A DNA stretch of 57,954 nucleotides from Bacteriovoracia bacterium. Lineage in GTDB: Bacteria > Bdellovibrionota > Bacteriovoracia > Bacteriovoracales > Bacteriovoracaceae. Shown here piece after piece: positions 9,547 through 20,249 of the stretch (its first letter is position 1; the number at the start of each line of letters is the position of its first letter). The position numbers and the translations under genes were made by a program. The DNA lies in the NCBI GenBank assembly GCA_030426585.1, contig JAUHYH010000001.1, positions 1 to 57,954 on the forward strand, written 5' to 3'. The notes below the pieces were generated by a model. That model saw only the letters and a list, made by a program, of their open reading frames with translations. It was not told the origin of the DNA and searched no databases.

Positions 9547-12347
9547 TGAGAATTATAATAATTTTATTATTATTCTATTCTGTAAATTGTTTCTCATACC
9601 TCGTGAGAGATGTTTCTATTAACTGTACACCAAGTACGACCTGTGACTTCTTTAAAAAAAATATGACGATTCTTCGTCGAGATTATTCAAATAGAGAAGA
9701 GTTCTTTAAACTTCTTAAAATATTTTATTCTAAAATTGGTTATTCAAAGTTTCAATATGAACTCATCGAATCTCCGAAAGGTGCAAGTTTAAATATCATT
9801 CTCAAGACAAGCAAAACAATTAAAGAAATATTTTTTAATGTTGAGGAAGATGAAATCAGTGAACTTTCACTTTCATCAACTCTTGAAATTAACGAAGGCG
9901 AGTACTTAGATTGGTATAGGTTGGAGGAAGATGAAAAAAGAATGCTTCGAAAATTACGCCTACAAGGATTTCCGGACGCAAAAATCACTAAAGAAATTGT
10001 AGAATTTGGGCCTCAAGAGGTTGAACTATACTTTACTGTCAAAGCGGGGCTTCCTGAAAAAGTTAGAAATATTACTCACACCTGTAAAGGTGGTTATATA
10101 AAAAACCTTATGGATAATTACTTTCATGATTTTAAAGGAAAGCTCTTCAATAAAGAAAATATAATTCAGGAGATGAAGTCTTTAGAAACGGATCTTATGG
10201 GACAAGGTTATTATCTTACGAATGTCCAATATAAGGCAGAGAAGTTTGGAAGAAATGTCGATGTCGTTATTAGTTGTGGGAATACTCAAAGGGTTGTTTT
10301 AACACTCAAAGACCAAAATAGTTTTTATACCAAAGAAGATATTTACTATCAGCTCAGAGAATATTTCCAAACAACTCAGAGAAGTTTTTCGGAAAGTGAT
10401 TTAAAGCGAGTTGTCGAAGAGATTTATGTAAAGAAAGGATTTTTTAGGCCCTTAGTTGCAATTAACAACTTGCAAGTTCGAGAGAATGGAGAGGAGTATA
10501 ACCGTGCAACTGTCGTCATAGGCAAATCAAAACGCCTAAGGGTTTCAGAAGTAGCTTTTAAAGGGGCTGGGTTTTACCTTGAAGAGGAACTTATTGATTT
10601 CTTTTATAAAAACTCAAGTGATCTTGCTAGTGCAAAATATATTGATGAAGATTATTATAATCTCTTTACTCAACTTTTAAAAAACAAATATATGTCTGCT
10701 GGTTTCGTAGATGCTTCAATTAAGTATTACGTAAAAACCCTTTCTCCTCAAACTCGTTCAGTGCTTTTTGTGATAAATGAAGGGAGTCGTTCAATTGTTC
10801 GTGAAATAAGAGTTTCGGGGAAAAAAGTAGAAAGGCTTAGTGGATTAAAGCTGGGGGACCCGTTCAACCCACTTTCATTCGGTCAGACACTTTCAAGTTT
10901 TCTTTCTGAAGTCAAAAGTGAAGGATACTTTTTTGCTGAAATTAATAATGAAGATGATAAAGAAGTTGTTCGTTATTTTAATGGAAACAGAGAAGTTAGA
11001 ATTAATATTAACCTTTCAAAAGGAAAAAAATCCCGTGTTCGAAACCTTCTCATTTTTGGAGTTGAGAAGACTAAAAAGTCTGTTGTTAGAAGACAGCTTA
11101 ATTATCTTTACGAAAGCCATCTGACCCCATCTCTTGTAAAGGACATCTATTCAGATATTGCTTCACTTGGAATCTTCAAAAACTATAATGTAACTTTTTT
11201 GAGAGGAGCCAATGAAGAAGTTGATATCGTTGTTAATGTAGAAGAGAAAGAGTACGGAGTTTTTGAACTAGCGCCAGGGTTTCGATCAGATTTAGGCTTA
11301 AAGGTTTGGAGTCGTATTTCGAGATCGAACTTACTCGGTCGAAACCAAACACTTTCACTTACAACACAAGTGAACTACAGATTAAGCTTGAGTGAGATTG
11401 ATCAAGATAGAACAAGCGAAAAACTTTATGAGTACCTGGCAAGATTAAATTATATTTATCCGGATTTCTTTAAAACTTACTGGGACTACTTTGCGACAAT
11501 CAGTATGTCGAGAATGAGATTTTATAGTTTTGATGCTGAGATTGAGAGATTTTCAAATACATTTAGGAAAGAGTTTTCCTTCAAAAAATTAATAGATGGT
11601 TGGGACTGGAGACATTCTTTTAGTCTTACTCATCAACTCGAAAATATCGAGCAGTATGGAGCCGATCCTATTGTTAATCCAGAAGATAACGATACTTTTA
11701 GAATTGGGAGTATTACTCCAAGTTTAACTTTAAATTTTTTAGATAAAGAAAATCCGACTGTGCCTAAAAAGGGGACTCTTTTTCAATTAAGTTGGGAGAT
11801 CGCTCAACCGGGACTTCTCTCTCAAAGTGAAGATGACCTGACGATTGATTTTGATAAAAAAGTTTTTAGGAATCGTTTTTATATTCCTTTTTCTGAAAAC
11901 TTTTATCTTGCATCTTCAATTGCTGTAGGAGTTCAGACAAATAGAGGGGGAACTCGAATTCCCGCTATTAAAGTTTTTAGGCTTACAGGGGTTGATATCG
12001 TAAGAGGCTTTGCAGAAGATGAAATTAATATCGTCGATGATGGGAGTAATTTAGATATTGCTGATATCGATATTACCAATCGTGCCTTTATGTCGAATTA
12101 CAAAATTGAGCCCCGCTATATAATAGATGACTCTATGATGCTTGGCGTCTTTTATGATGCCGGAAGTGTTCAGGTAGACACTTATAGACCTTTTGATGTC
12201 CGCTCATCAGTCGGATTAAGCTTTAAATATGTCACACCTGTCGGGACCCTAGACTTCGATTATGGTATTAAGCTAAGCCGGAGGCGTTTCTCTGATGGTA
12301 CTAAAGAGAGTCCGGGAAGAATTCACGTCTCGATTGGATTCTTTTGA
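9543..12347 (+). CDS. bamA: Omp85-family outer membrane protein assembly factor (BamA-sized, multiple POTRA-like repeats)
   Basis: 934 aa with a signal peptide and repeated POTRA-like units (e.g. IREIRVSGKK, VRNLLIFGVEKTKKSVVRRQL). The C-terminal barrel carries RGF (VDIVRGFAEDE) and the terminal motif HVSIGFF. Confidence 0.75.
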   Translation: MMRIIIILLLFYSVNCFSYLVRDVSINCTPSTTCDFFKKNMTILRRDYSNREEFFKLLKIFYSKIGYSKFQYELIESPKGASLNIILKTSKTIKEIFFNVEEDEISELSLSSTLEINEGEYLDWYRLEEDEKRMLRKLRLQGFPDAKITKEIVEFGPQEVELYFTVKAGLPEKVRNITHTCKGGYIKNLMDNYFHDFKGKLFNKENIIQEMKSLETDLMGQGYYLTNVQYKAEKFGRNVDVVISCGNTQRVVLTLKDQNSFYTKEDIYYQLREYFQTTQRSFSESDLKRVVEEIYVKKGFFRPLVAINNLQVRENGEEYNRATVVIGKSKRLRVSEVAFKGAGFYLEEELIDFFYKNSSDLASAKYIDEDYYNLFTQLLKNKYMSAGFVDASIKYYVKTLSPQTRSVLFVINEGSRSIVREIRVSGKKVERLSGLKLGDPFNPLSFGQTLSSFLSEVKSEGYFFAEINNEDDKEVVRYFNGNREVRININLSKGKKSRVRNLLIFGVEKTKKSVVRRQLNYLYESHLTPSLVKDIYSDIASLGIFKNYNVTFLRGANEEVDIVVNVEEKEYGVFELAPGFRSDLGLKVWSRISRSNLLGRNQTLSLTTQVNYRLSLSEIDQDRTSEKLYEYLARLNYIYPDFFKTYWDYFATISMSRMRFYSFDAEIERFSNTFRKEFSFKKLIDGWDWRHSFSLTHQLENIEQYGADPIVNPEDNDTFRIGSITPSLTLNFLDKENPTVPKKGTLFQLSWEIAQPGLLSQSEDDLTIDFDKKVFRNRFYIPFSENFYLASSIAVGVQTNRGGTRIPAIKVFRLTGVDIVRGFAEDEINIVDDGSNLDIADIDITNRAFMSNYKIEPRYIIDDSMMLGVFYDAGSVQVDTYRPFDVRSSVGLSFKYVTPVGTLDFDYGIKLSRRRFSDGTKESPGRIHVSIGFF

Positions 12348-12390
12348 AAATTTCTCTGTATTTTAAGGCCTGCGTCAGGCCGTCAAGGTA

Positions 12391-12419
12391 TTGACTTCGT
12401 TCAGCACTTTTTCTATAAA
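12391..12419 (+). promoter_or_regulatory. Near-consensus sigma70-type promoter for rplM-rpsI
   Basis: TTGACT (12391-12396), a 17-nt spacer, then TATAAA (12414-12419), 37 nt upstream of the rplM ATG. It follows a short GGCCTG/CAGGCC hairpin (12367-12381) after bamA. Confidence 0.5.
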
Positions 12420-12456
12420 GAACCACTATTTCAAGTTAAAACGTTGAGGGAAAACT

Positions 12457-12906
12457 ATGTATACGCAAAGAACTTCGGGACTTACCCAAGATCAAGCTGC
12501 TGCTCAAAAAAAGTGGTATGTCATCGATGGAACAGATAAAGTTGTTGGTCGTTTAGCAACTGAAATTGCAGACTTACTTCGTGGAAAATTAAAAGCTCAA
12601 TACACACCTAATATTGATACAGGTGATTTTGTTATTCTAACTAACTGTGAAAAAGTTCGTTTTACAGGAAACAAATTAGAAAACAAAACATACAATTGGC
12701 ACACTGGTTTTATCGGTGGGTTAAAAACAAGAACAGCTAAAGAACAATTAGAAAGACATCCAGAGCTTATTATGATGAAAGCTGTTGAGAGAATGCTTCC
12801 TAAAGGTGCTTTAGGAAGAAAACAATTAAAGAAATTCAAAGTATTCAAGGGTGAAGCTCACGGTCACGAAGCTCAAAACCCTGAAGCTTATACACCGAAG
12901 AACTAA
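12457..12906 (+). CDS. rplM: 50S ribosomal protein L13
   Basis: KKWYVIDGTDKVVGRLATEIADLLRGK and TGDFVILTNCEKV are L13 hallmarks. Confidence 0.95.
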   Translation: MYTQRTSGLTQDQAAAQKKWYVIDGTDKVVGRLATEIADLLRGKLKAQYTPNIDTGDFVILTNCEKVRFTGNKLENKTYNWHTGFIGGLKTRTAKEQLERHPELIMMKAVERMLPKGALGRKQLKKFKVFKGEAHGHEAQNPEAYTPKN

Positions 12907-12921
12907 AGGGTTACTTAAGTT

Positions 12922-13335
12922 ATGGCAGCAGAAAAGAAAGCAAAAACTACTTACCTTACTCACGCTGTTGGAAGAAGAAAATCTTCTATCGCTAGAGTTT
13001 ATGTTAAACAAGGGTCAGGTAAAATCACAATTAACAAAAGAGAAATTTCAGACTACTTCCCAAAAGCAACTAGTCGGTATGTTGTTAACCAACCACTAAA
13101 GCTTTTATCAGTATCTGATCAATACGATTTCAACATCAATGTTGTTGGTGGTGGATTTACGGGTCAAGCTGGTGCCATCAGACTTGGGATCGCAAGAGCT
13201 CTTCTAAGCCTTAATGAAGGTACTAGAGGTGATCTTAAGAAAGCTGGATTCCTTACTCGAGACGCAAGAAAAGTTGAGAGAAAGAAATACGGTCTTTCTG
13301 GTGCAAGAAAGTCTTACCAATTCTCGAAAAGATAG
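12922..13335 (+). CDS. rpsI: 30S ribosomal protein S9
   Basis: GRRKSSIARVYV, GGGFTGQAGAIRLGIARAL and the C-terminal RKKYGLSGARKSYQFSKR are present. Confidence 0.95.
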   Translation: MAAEKKAKTTYLTHAVGRRKSSIARVYVKQGSGKITINKREISDYFPKATSRYVVNQPLKLLSVSDQYDFNINVVGGGFTGQAGAIRLGIARALLSLNEGTRGDLKKAGFLTRDARKVERKKYGLSGARKSYQFSKR

Positions 13336-13365
13336 AACTTATTTATTTTTGTTTATACAGAGAAG

Positions 13366-13393
13366 AGGAGGGGATTACCCCTCCTTTTTTTTT
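13366..13393 (+). terminator. Rho-independent terminator of rplM-rpsI
   Basis: AGGAGGGG-ATTA-CCCCTCCT stem-loop followed by a T9 run. Confidence 0.8.
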
Positions 13394-13409
13394 GCTATAG
13401 TATTAAGCA

Positions 13410-15921
13410 ATGACAAAAGAGATCACTCATATATCGATTCGAGGCGCTCGAGTTAACAATCTCAAAAACGTTGATGTCGATATTCCACTAAAGCAAATTA
13501 CCTGTTTCATTGGTCCTTCTGGTTCAGGAAAGTCATCACTCGCTTTTCATACATTACTCGCAGAATCGAAACGAAGACTTATGAATTGTTTTCCAAACGA
13601 TCTCCGCTTTTTTAGTGAAAAACCGCCTGCGGTTGAAGTGGATTACCTCGCTCCTGTTCTTCCGGTTTTTGGCCTCCCTCAAATTAATCCGGTTAAGGGT
13701 TCAAGAACGAATGTTCTTGATAGCATCGGCCTTACTCATTTACTTCAGAACTTATGGTATTACATGAGTGAAGAGTATTGTGAACGACACAAAATTCCTC
13801 TAGAGACGCTTAGTTATTCAAAACAATTTACAGAGCAAATTGAACATGATGACGAGGGGATAGTTCACTTTCTTCTTCATAAAGTGACTTACCTAAAAAT
13901 TTTTTCAAATCAAATTCTACCTTCTCGAGTTTATAATGAAGAATCTGGAGAGATGGTTCCTTTTGATAAAGATCAAGAGTATTGGGAAATCAGTCGTTGT
14001 AGAAAAGGAAATTTTTCTAAACTCGATGAAGTTTTGTCGGGGATTGATGGAAGAGTTTCCACTATCTACGTTTATCAAAAAGGTGAGTTGGTTGAATGGA
14101 ACCCAACGCAAACGAAACAATGTCCGACGTGTTTTAGCCCTTCAAAAGTGACGAAGTCAGAAAATCTTTTTTCTCCACATAATGCACTTGGAGCTTGTGA
14201 TAACTGTAATGGGTTTGGGGCTAACTTAGTGGTTGACCCTGAAAAAATCATTGATAAAAATCTTTCAATTAATGATGGTGGGATAAAAATTTTCAAACAT
14301 AAGAAATTTACGAAATATTCTCCAAAGTTTAATGCCGCCTGTAAGGCAAAAAAGATTAGCTTAAACAAGCCTATAGAAAAACTAGATAAAAATTTTGAGA
14401 CGTTGTTTTATGAAGGAAGTGGTCAGTGGGGAGGTTTTAACAAAATTTTGGATTTTCTTGAAAGGAAAAAGTATAAACCAGGAATTAGAATTCTCCTGAG
14501 AAGACTACAAACCGAAAGACTTTGTGAAACCTGTGAGGGAAGTCGACTGACTCCATTAGTGAAAAGGTTTTATCTTGATCCAGAGACACCGAACTTAGCA
14601 GAACTAAGCCAACTCACGGTTGAAGAGCTTAATAATGTTATTAATAAAATTGAACCTCAGAACAAAAGCATAAAATTTGTTTTAGAAAAAATTGAAAGGA
14701 CATTAAAAACTGCGATTGAAATTGGCCTTGGCCATCTTCAACTTAATAGAAAGACAAAAACAATTTCAGCGGGAGAATATAAAACAACAAAAGAATCTTT
14801 TTAAGGGATTAGAGAGGATTAAATCTCAAGGCAATACAATTGTCTTGGTTGACCATTCTCCTGAGCTCGCAAAACTTTCTGATAAAGTCGTTTGGATGGG
14901 ACCATTGGCAGGTTCTGAAGGTGGGCAAATTGTTAAGGAAGGCCCTTATCAGGAAAAGAAGACAACAATAAAATATAAGAAAGAGGCGAAAAAGTTAAAA
15001 CCGAATGTAGAAATCGGAAAGACTTCAATTTATGGTAAAAGTTATGACTCTTTCAGTTTTCCTCTTAAGTCTATGATTTGGGTTCATGGTGAAACAGGTA
15101 GTGGTAAGTCGTCTGTTTTTAATACGGTGTTGAATGAACTCAATTACCAAATGAAGGGAGAATACATCCTTGATAAAGTGGGGGATTTAAAAAGCTTAAA
15201 ATTTCCTCCGAATAAGCTTGAATCGGTTTTGATTGTTGATGCTAACTTGAACAGATATACAAGTCGAAGTACTGTTGGAAGCTTTACTGATCTCGCGAAA
15301 CCTCTTCGCCGGCATTATCTTAACCAACCTACATCGAAAGCTTTAGATTTAAGCGAGGGTCACTTTTCTCCCAACTCTGAACTGGGCCGGTGTTCACGAT
15401 GTGATGGTCGAGGTGAAGAAATTATTGAAATGCAATATCTTGAAGATGTGATTTTACCTTGTGAGGAATGTAAGGGAAAAAAATTAAAAGAAGAGTACGC
15501 TAATATATCTGATGGGATAATGACCGTTTCAGAAGCTTACGAATTACCTATTTCTAAAGTTTTTGAAAGTATTTCTCTAACACCGAAATACCGTAGAATT
15601 CTCTCGTATTTAAAAAAGTTAAAACTAGATTATCTTTCTTTAAGTCGGAATATGACCAATCTTTCAGGGGGAGAAAAGCAAAGGATTTATTTGCTTTCTA
15701 AGCTACTAATTGATTCGAAAGACCAACTTATTTTGATTGAAAACTTATCATTTGGGTTATCTGAAAGAGAGCTTTTTGCGATTCTCGAGTTTTTGAATGA
15801 GCTTGTTTCAGTTGGAAAGACGATTATCCTCATCGATCACAACCCAAAGTTTAAAGCATTTTGTGATTGGGAAGTGGAATTTAAGTCGAAAGGTAAGATA
15901 AATTCTAGTTTTATTAGCTGA
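13410..15921 (+). pseudogene. UvrA-like ABC ATPase paralogue, disrupted. Two overlapping ORFs (13410..14804 and 14716..15921) lie in different frames, and an internal segment is missing.
   Basis: The N-terminus is UvrA-like ([31 protein letters not shown]). Zn modules are present (CPTC..CDNCNGFG, CETCEGSRL, CSRCDGRG..CEECKGKK). There is a second Walker A (GETGSGKSS) and a second signature (LSGGEKQRIYL). The frame switches by +1 within about 14776-14790. The stretch between signature I (ISAGE) and ..SQGNTIVLVDH lacks the Walker B/D-loop segment of about 27 aa. Walker B II reads LILIEN instead of hhhhDE. Confidence 0.65.
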
Positions 15922-15977
15922 CTAAAGCTGTAGGGTTTCAAGTTCTCTGAAATACCTCCGATAGGAATGTTGGAGGG

Positions 15978-16721
15978 GTGATGAAAGCTTTACTATTTTC
16001 CTTGGTTTTTTCGATTTCATGTCTTTTTGCCCTCGATCAGGTCAGTCAATCCAAAGTTCTATCAGCTTTAGTTAGAGATTCTCAAGCGATCGTCAGGGGA
16101 AAGGTTCTTGATATTGAATACGGTGATTCGAGATCTTATATTTATTTAAAAGTTTTTGAAGCCACTGGAGTTAAACCAACTGATATTCAAGATACTTTTG
16201 TAAAAGTTTACTTCCCTGTAACAAAGAGTGATTACAAAGTGGAGTCAGAAAGAGGCTTGAACTTTGATGCAAGTGAAGAAATCGTCGTATTCCTTGATAA
16301 GAAAAATGGGAAGTATTGGTTACACGAAGATGGGTTAGGAAAATATCGAATTGAATTTATTGGTGGAAAAAAATCATTGATCTCTTCAGTAATTCGTCGT
16401 CACAAAGATGGAGGAGAAATTCCTTTATCACAGTTTTATAAACTCGTTATGGGAATCAAAAATGTCCCGCTGCAATGGTGGGAGAACAATCAATTTGTGA
16501 ATAAAAGTTTTTTAGAGAAAAGCCTCATGACGACAAGTATCGACAAAGATGATTCAGGCAGGGGGATTGCCTCACTTGGAGAGTCTGAGACCAGAACATT
16601 GAGCCGGGAGCCAGCTGATGTGCCACAAGAGGAAGAGGCGCCTACTAAGTCAGTTTTCTGGCTGGTAGCCTTACTTGCTGTTGTTGGAGGCGCTGCAAGA
16701 ATTGTGTGGAAAAACTCATAA
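15978..16721 (+). CDS. Hypothetical exported protein with a C-terminal transmembrane anchor
   Basis: Signal peptide MMKALLFSLVFSISCLFA. The C-terminal hydrophobic helix FWLVALLAVVGGAARIVW follows an acidic/proline stretch. Confidence 0.5.
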   Translation: MMKALLFSLVFSISCLFALDQVSQSKVLSALVRDSQAIVRGKVLDIEYGDSRSYIYLKVFEATGVKPTDIQDTFVKVYFPVTKSDYKVESERGLNFDASEEIVVFLDKKNGKYWLHEDGLGKYRIEFIGGKKSLISSVIRRHKDGGEIPLSQFYKLVMGIKNVPLQWWENNQFVNKSFLEKSLMTTSIDKDDSGRGIASLGESETRTLSREPADVPQEEEAPTKSVFWLVALLAVVGGAARIVWKNS

Positions 16722-16819
16722 AGTCATTTCCTCTTAATATCTAAAATTCACCGTATTCTTTTTGGCTTAAGAAGCCAATTTCGCTACAATAAAGACGAGT
16801 ACAAGCGAGGAGAACTCAA

Positions 16820-17290
16820 TTGAAAGTCTTACGAATAGCTCTATTTTTATTACCCCTTTGTGCAATGGGAAATTCTCTCTTAGAGCAGAGGACGATCAAG
16901 CTTAGTGCTAAAAAGGCTTCTGTTTATAGCGACTCCGGTGTCTTTTTCTGGAAATCCACAATGAAGGGGGCAAAGGTTAAGGGCGTTAGAAGTTTCTACT
17001 CTAAGCAAAGGGGATTCGAGCGGGTTGTTGTTGATTTTTCAACTCCTAATATCCCAAGTGTCTATGGTCATATTGATGAAAAGACGGGAAAACTTTTTTT
17101 AGATCTCTTAGATGCTTCTCCTGATTCTGATATAAATCAAAATGTCTCGGGAAAATATTTAAAATCAATTAATATCTTTTCTCTAGATAAATCAAATACT
17201 TCCCTTGAACTGAGTTTTAATAAAAAATATGGGTTTGATATTTTTTATTTGAATTCACCAGGGCGCCTAGTAATTGACGTTAGAAAATAA
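16820..17290 (+). CDS. Small exported protein, AMIN-domain-like
   Basis: TTG start and a signal peptide (LFLLPLCAMG). RVVVDFS...LELSF...GRLVIDVRK resembles the AMIN beta-sandwich pattern found at the N-terminus of PilQ/AmiC. Confidence 0.4.
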   Translation: MKVLRIALFLLPLCAMGNSLLEQRTIKLSAKKASVYSDSGVFFWKSTMKGAKVKGVRSFYSKQRGFERVVVDFSTPNIPSVYGHIDEKTGKLFLDLLDASPDSDINQNVSGKYLKSINIFSLDKSNTSLELSFNKKYGFDIFYLNSPGRLVIDVRK

Positions 17291-17310
17291 TTTTAAAAAA
17301 GAAGAAAACT

Positions 17311-19860
17311 ATGGGTGAAAATGAAAATACCGTCACCATGAAGATCAGTGGTGAAAATGTAATTAAGGGAAAACTTCCAGAAGAAGTTGCTGTCATTCCA
17401 ATTTTAAACAGTCCAATTTTTCCTGGAATGATTGCACCGATTGTAATGTCTCAAAATAAGTTCACTCCTGAGCTAGATGATTATGTTTCAAAGAATAGTT
17501 ATATTGCTTTGAATTTAATCAAGTTTCGCGAAGGTGAAGATGACGAATATGATGAGTATGAGGAAGAAGACGTAGAGGAAGCGATTAAAGAAGGGTTTTC
17601 TCCAGATTTAAACTTCTCTGAAGATGTTTTCGAAGAAGAAGTTGATGAAGAAGACATGGAGTCTGTTCCTATAAAAGGAAACGATCTTTATCGTGTTGGT
17701 ATTTTTTGCAAAGTTGTAAAAAAGCTAAAATTACCAGATGGTTCCGTAAATCTTCTTGTTCACGGTTTAAAGCGATATAGAGCACTTGAATTCACATCTG
17801 AAACTCCATTGCTTAAAGCAAGAATCGAAGTTTTTGAAGATGTTCTTAATCAAGATGAAGAACTTGATGCTTATACTCGTTCGGTCATTAATCAGGTTAA
17901 GAAACTTTCAGAAATAAATCCTTATTTTAATGAAGAGATGAAGTTGGCCATGCTCAACTCACCTTCACCGGGATCTTTGGCAGACTTGGTTGCTTTTGCA
18001 TTGTCACTTGATGTTCCCGAAGCTCAAGACTTCCTTGAAACACTGGTTGTTCGAAAAAGATTCGCAAAACTTCTTGTTTATTTAAGAAGAGAACAAGACG
18101 TTTCAGATATTCAGAAAAAAATTACTGATGAAGTGAATGATAAGGTTAATAAATATCAAAGAGAATACTACTTAAAAGAACAACTTAAGATTATTCGAAG
18201 TGAACTTGGTTTAGATGATGACGACAAATCAAGAGACCTTAAAAAGTTTAAAGACGCGATTGATGAAGCGAATATGCCTGAAGATGCTAGAAAAACAGCT
18301 TTAGAGGAGCTTGATAGACTTCAGTCAATTCCTGAGTCATCACCTGAATATACAGTAACAAGAACTTACTTAAGTTGGATTACAGAACTTCCTTGGGATA
18401 AAAGTACTGAAAAAGAAATCAATATTGATGAAGCTGAAAAAACTCTAGAAAAAGATCACTATGGATTAGAAAAACCCAAGGAAAGAATCCTAGAATTTTT
18501 AGCGGTCAGAAAATTAAAGTCTGATTATGATGGGACCATTCTTTGTTTTGCGGGGCCCCCAGGAGTAGGGAAAACTTCTCTTGGAAATAGTATAGCGAAG
18601 GCTCTTGGTCGAAAGTTTTATCGATTTAGTCTTGGTGGAATGAGAGATGAAGCTGAGATTAAAGGTCATAGAAAGACTTATGTTGGAGCGATGCCAGGAA
18701 AACTACTTCAGGCTCTTAAGAGAGTTGAGGTTAACAACCCCGTTATAATGCTTGATGAGATCGACAAACTAGGAAGTTCCTATCAAGGTGATCCCTCTTC
18801 TGCTCTTTTGGAAGTTTTGGACCCTGAACAAAATAAGACCTTTATCGATAACTATTTAGATATACCCTTTGATTTATCAAAGGTGCTTTTTATTGCTACG
18901 GCTAACTATGTTGGTGAAATACCAGAACCTCTTTTAGATAGAATGGAGCTCATTGAGCTTAGTGGCTATACACTTGAAGAGAAGCAGACAATTGCAAATA
19001 AATGGGTTATTCCTAAGCAACTTAAAAAGCACGGATTGAAAGCAACAGACTTTTCATTAAAGAAAACTGTTCTAACTAAACTTATTCAAGATTATGCTCG
19101 TGAGCCTGGTGTAAGAACGTTAGAACAATTTATTGCTAAGCTCTGCCGAATTGCAGTTCTTCAGAAAGTTAAGAAGAAAGGAAGAGCTAAAAAGTTTAAT
19201 CCTGAAGTTAAAGATCTTGAGCAGTTATTAGGACCTCAAAGGTATCAAAGTGATAAACTAGAAAAAGCAATGAAGCCAGGAGTTGTTACTGGACTCGCTT
19301 GGACAGCTTATGGCGGAGATATTCTTCAAGTAGAATCTATTCCGCTTAACGGAAAAGGTTTTAAACTTACGGGACAGCTTGGCGATGTCATGAATGAATC
19401 GGCGAATCTCGCCTATAGTTATGTGAAATCAATGCTTCAGGATGAGATACCTAAATCGAAACCTAAAAAACTTAAAATTCAAGAACAAGAGGAAGAAGGG
19501 GCTGATTTTCTTGCAAATCATGAAGTGCACCTTCACCTTCCAGCTGGAGCAACTCCCAAAGATGGACCAAGTGCTGGAATAACAATGGCGCTTGCCCTTT
19601 ATAGTCTTGCGAATAATAAAAAAATTCGTGGAACACTTGCGATGACGGGAGAGTTAAGCCTTACAGGTAGAGTATTACCAGTTGGTGGAATTAAAGAAAA
19701 AGTTCTCGCTGCAAAAAGAGCTGGAATTAAAGAAATTATTCTTCCAAGTGATAACGAAAAAGATCTTAAAGAAGTTCCCGAAAGACATCGAAAAGGTTTG
19801 AAGTTTTATCCGGTAAAAAGTTTTGATGAAGTACTGAACGTAGCGTTCAAAAGAAAATAA
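17311..19860 (+). CDS. lon: ATP-dependent Lon protease (LonA type)
   Basis: 849 aa with Walker [10 protein letters not shown], Walker B IMLDEIDK, the protease serine motif PKDGPSAG, and lysine in [14 protein letters not shown]. Confidence 0.95.
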   Translation: MGENENTVTMKISGENVIKGKLPEEVAVIPILNSPIFPGMIAPIVMSQNKFTPELDDYVSKNSYIALNLIKFREGEDDEYDEYEEEDVEEAIKEGFSPDLNFSEDVFEEEVDEEDMESVPIKGNDLYRVGIFCKVVKKLKLPDGSVNLLVHGLKRYRALEFTSETPLLKARIEVFEDVLNQDEELDAYTRSVINQVKKLSEINPYFNEEMKLAMLNSPSPGSLADLVAFALSLDVPEAQDFLETLVVRKRFAKLLVYLRREQDVSDIQKKITDEVNDKVNKYQREYYLKEQLKIIRSELGLDDDDKSRDLKKFKDAIDEANMPEDARKTALEELDRLQSIPESSPEYTVTRTYLSWITELPWDKSTEKEINIDEAEKTLEKDHYGLEKPKERILEFLAVRKLKSDYDGTILCFAGPPGVGKTSLGNSIAKALGRKFYRFSLGGMRDEAEIKGHRKTYVGAMPGKLLQALKRVEVNNPVIMLDEIDKLGSSYQGDPSSALLEVLDPEQNKTFIDNYLDIPFDLSKVLFIATANYVGEIPEPLLDRMELIELSGYTLEEKQTIANKWVIPKQLKKHGLKATDFSLKKTVLTKLIQDYAREPGVRTLEQFIAKLCRIAVLQKVKKKGRAKKFNPEVKDLEQLLGPQRYQSDKLEKAMKPGVVTGLAWTAYGGDILQVESIPLNGKGFKLTGQLGDVMNESANLAYSYVKSMLQDEIPKSKPKKLKIQEQEEEGADFLANHEVHLHLPAGATPKDGPSAGITMALALYSLANNKKIRGTLAMTGELSLTGRVLPVGGIKEKVLAAKRAGIKEIILPSDNEKDLKEVPERHRKGLKFYPVKSFDEVLNVAFKRK

Positions 19861-19864
19861 AAAA

Positions 19865-19891
19865 AGCCGGGTCAAAAGCCCGGCTTTTTTT
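19865..19891. terminator. Bidirectional rho-independent terminator between lon (+) and rpoZ (-)
   Basis: AGCCGGG-TCAAAAG-CCCGGCT stem-loop flanked by an A-run on the left and a T-run on the right. Confidence 0.8.
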
Positions 19892-19911
19892 ATATCCAAA
19901 AATAATTAAAT

Positions 19912-20124
19912 TTAAAATTCTTCAGAGTCGTATTCAGAAACTATCGCGTGAGAAACTTTTCCCGCTGCGATTTCTCTAAGAGCAGTCACAACTTCTTTGT
20001 TCTTGCTGTGAACTTCAGAGTCATCCCCGTCTTTTAACTGCTTAACTCTTTTGGCAGTAAGATGAACCAATTCATATCGGTTCTCAACTTTTTCTAAACA
20101 GTCTTCAATTGTAACTCTTGCCAT
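19912..20124 (-). CDS. rpoZ: DNA-directed RNA polymerase subunit omega
   Basis: MARVTIEDCLEKVENRYELVHLTAKRVKQL is a typical omega N-terminus. 70 aa. Confidence 0.9.
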   Translation of the reverse strand: MARVTIEDCLEKVENRYELVHLTAKRVKQLKDGDDSEVHSKNKEVVTALREIAAGKVSHAIVSEYDSEEF

Positions 20125-20249
20125 TGCGCATTGCTCCGTAGTTTTTCTTAATAGGAAGTCTTAAATAATAACCTTTAGGTGTTTTTGTCAAGCAATCCTC
20201 GTTATTTAGCTTCAGAAAGGGCGATTTAAGGCCTGCATAGATAAAGAAT

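Noticed and set aside
12597-13456. Nested or antisense ORFs over rplM/rpsI (12597..12848, 12826..13011, 12851..13099, 13214..13456). Similar shadow ORFs occur elsewhere (e.g. 1320..1508, 2338..2520, 10918..11124, 29044..29992, 40018..41226, 43432..43701, 55371..56037, 56498..57793).
   Set aside because: All lie inside or opposite strongly supported genes, are short, and lack motifs. They are typical shadow ORFs of an AT-rich genome with K/N/I/F-rich translations.
15978-16721. C-terminal tail of the 247-aa exported protein as a PEP-CTERM / GlyGly-CTERM-type sorting signal
   Set aside because: The tail (..PTKSVFWLVALLAVVGGAARIVWKNS) has a TM helix and a few basic residues. It lacks the PEP, GlyGly or Cys motifs that define those sorting classes, so it is treated as a generic membrane anchor.
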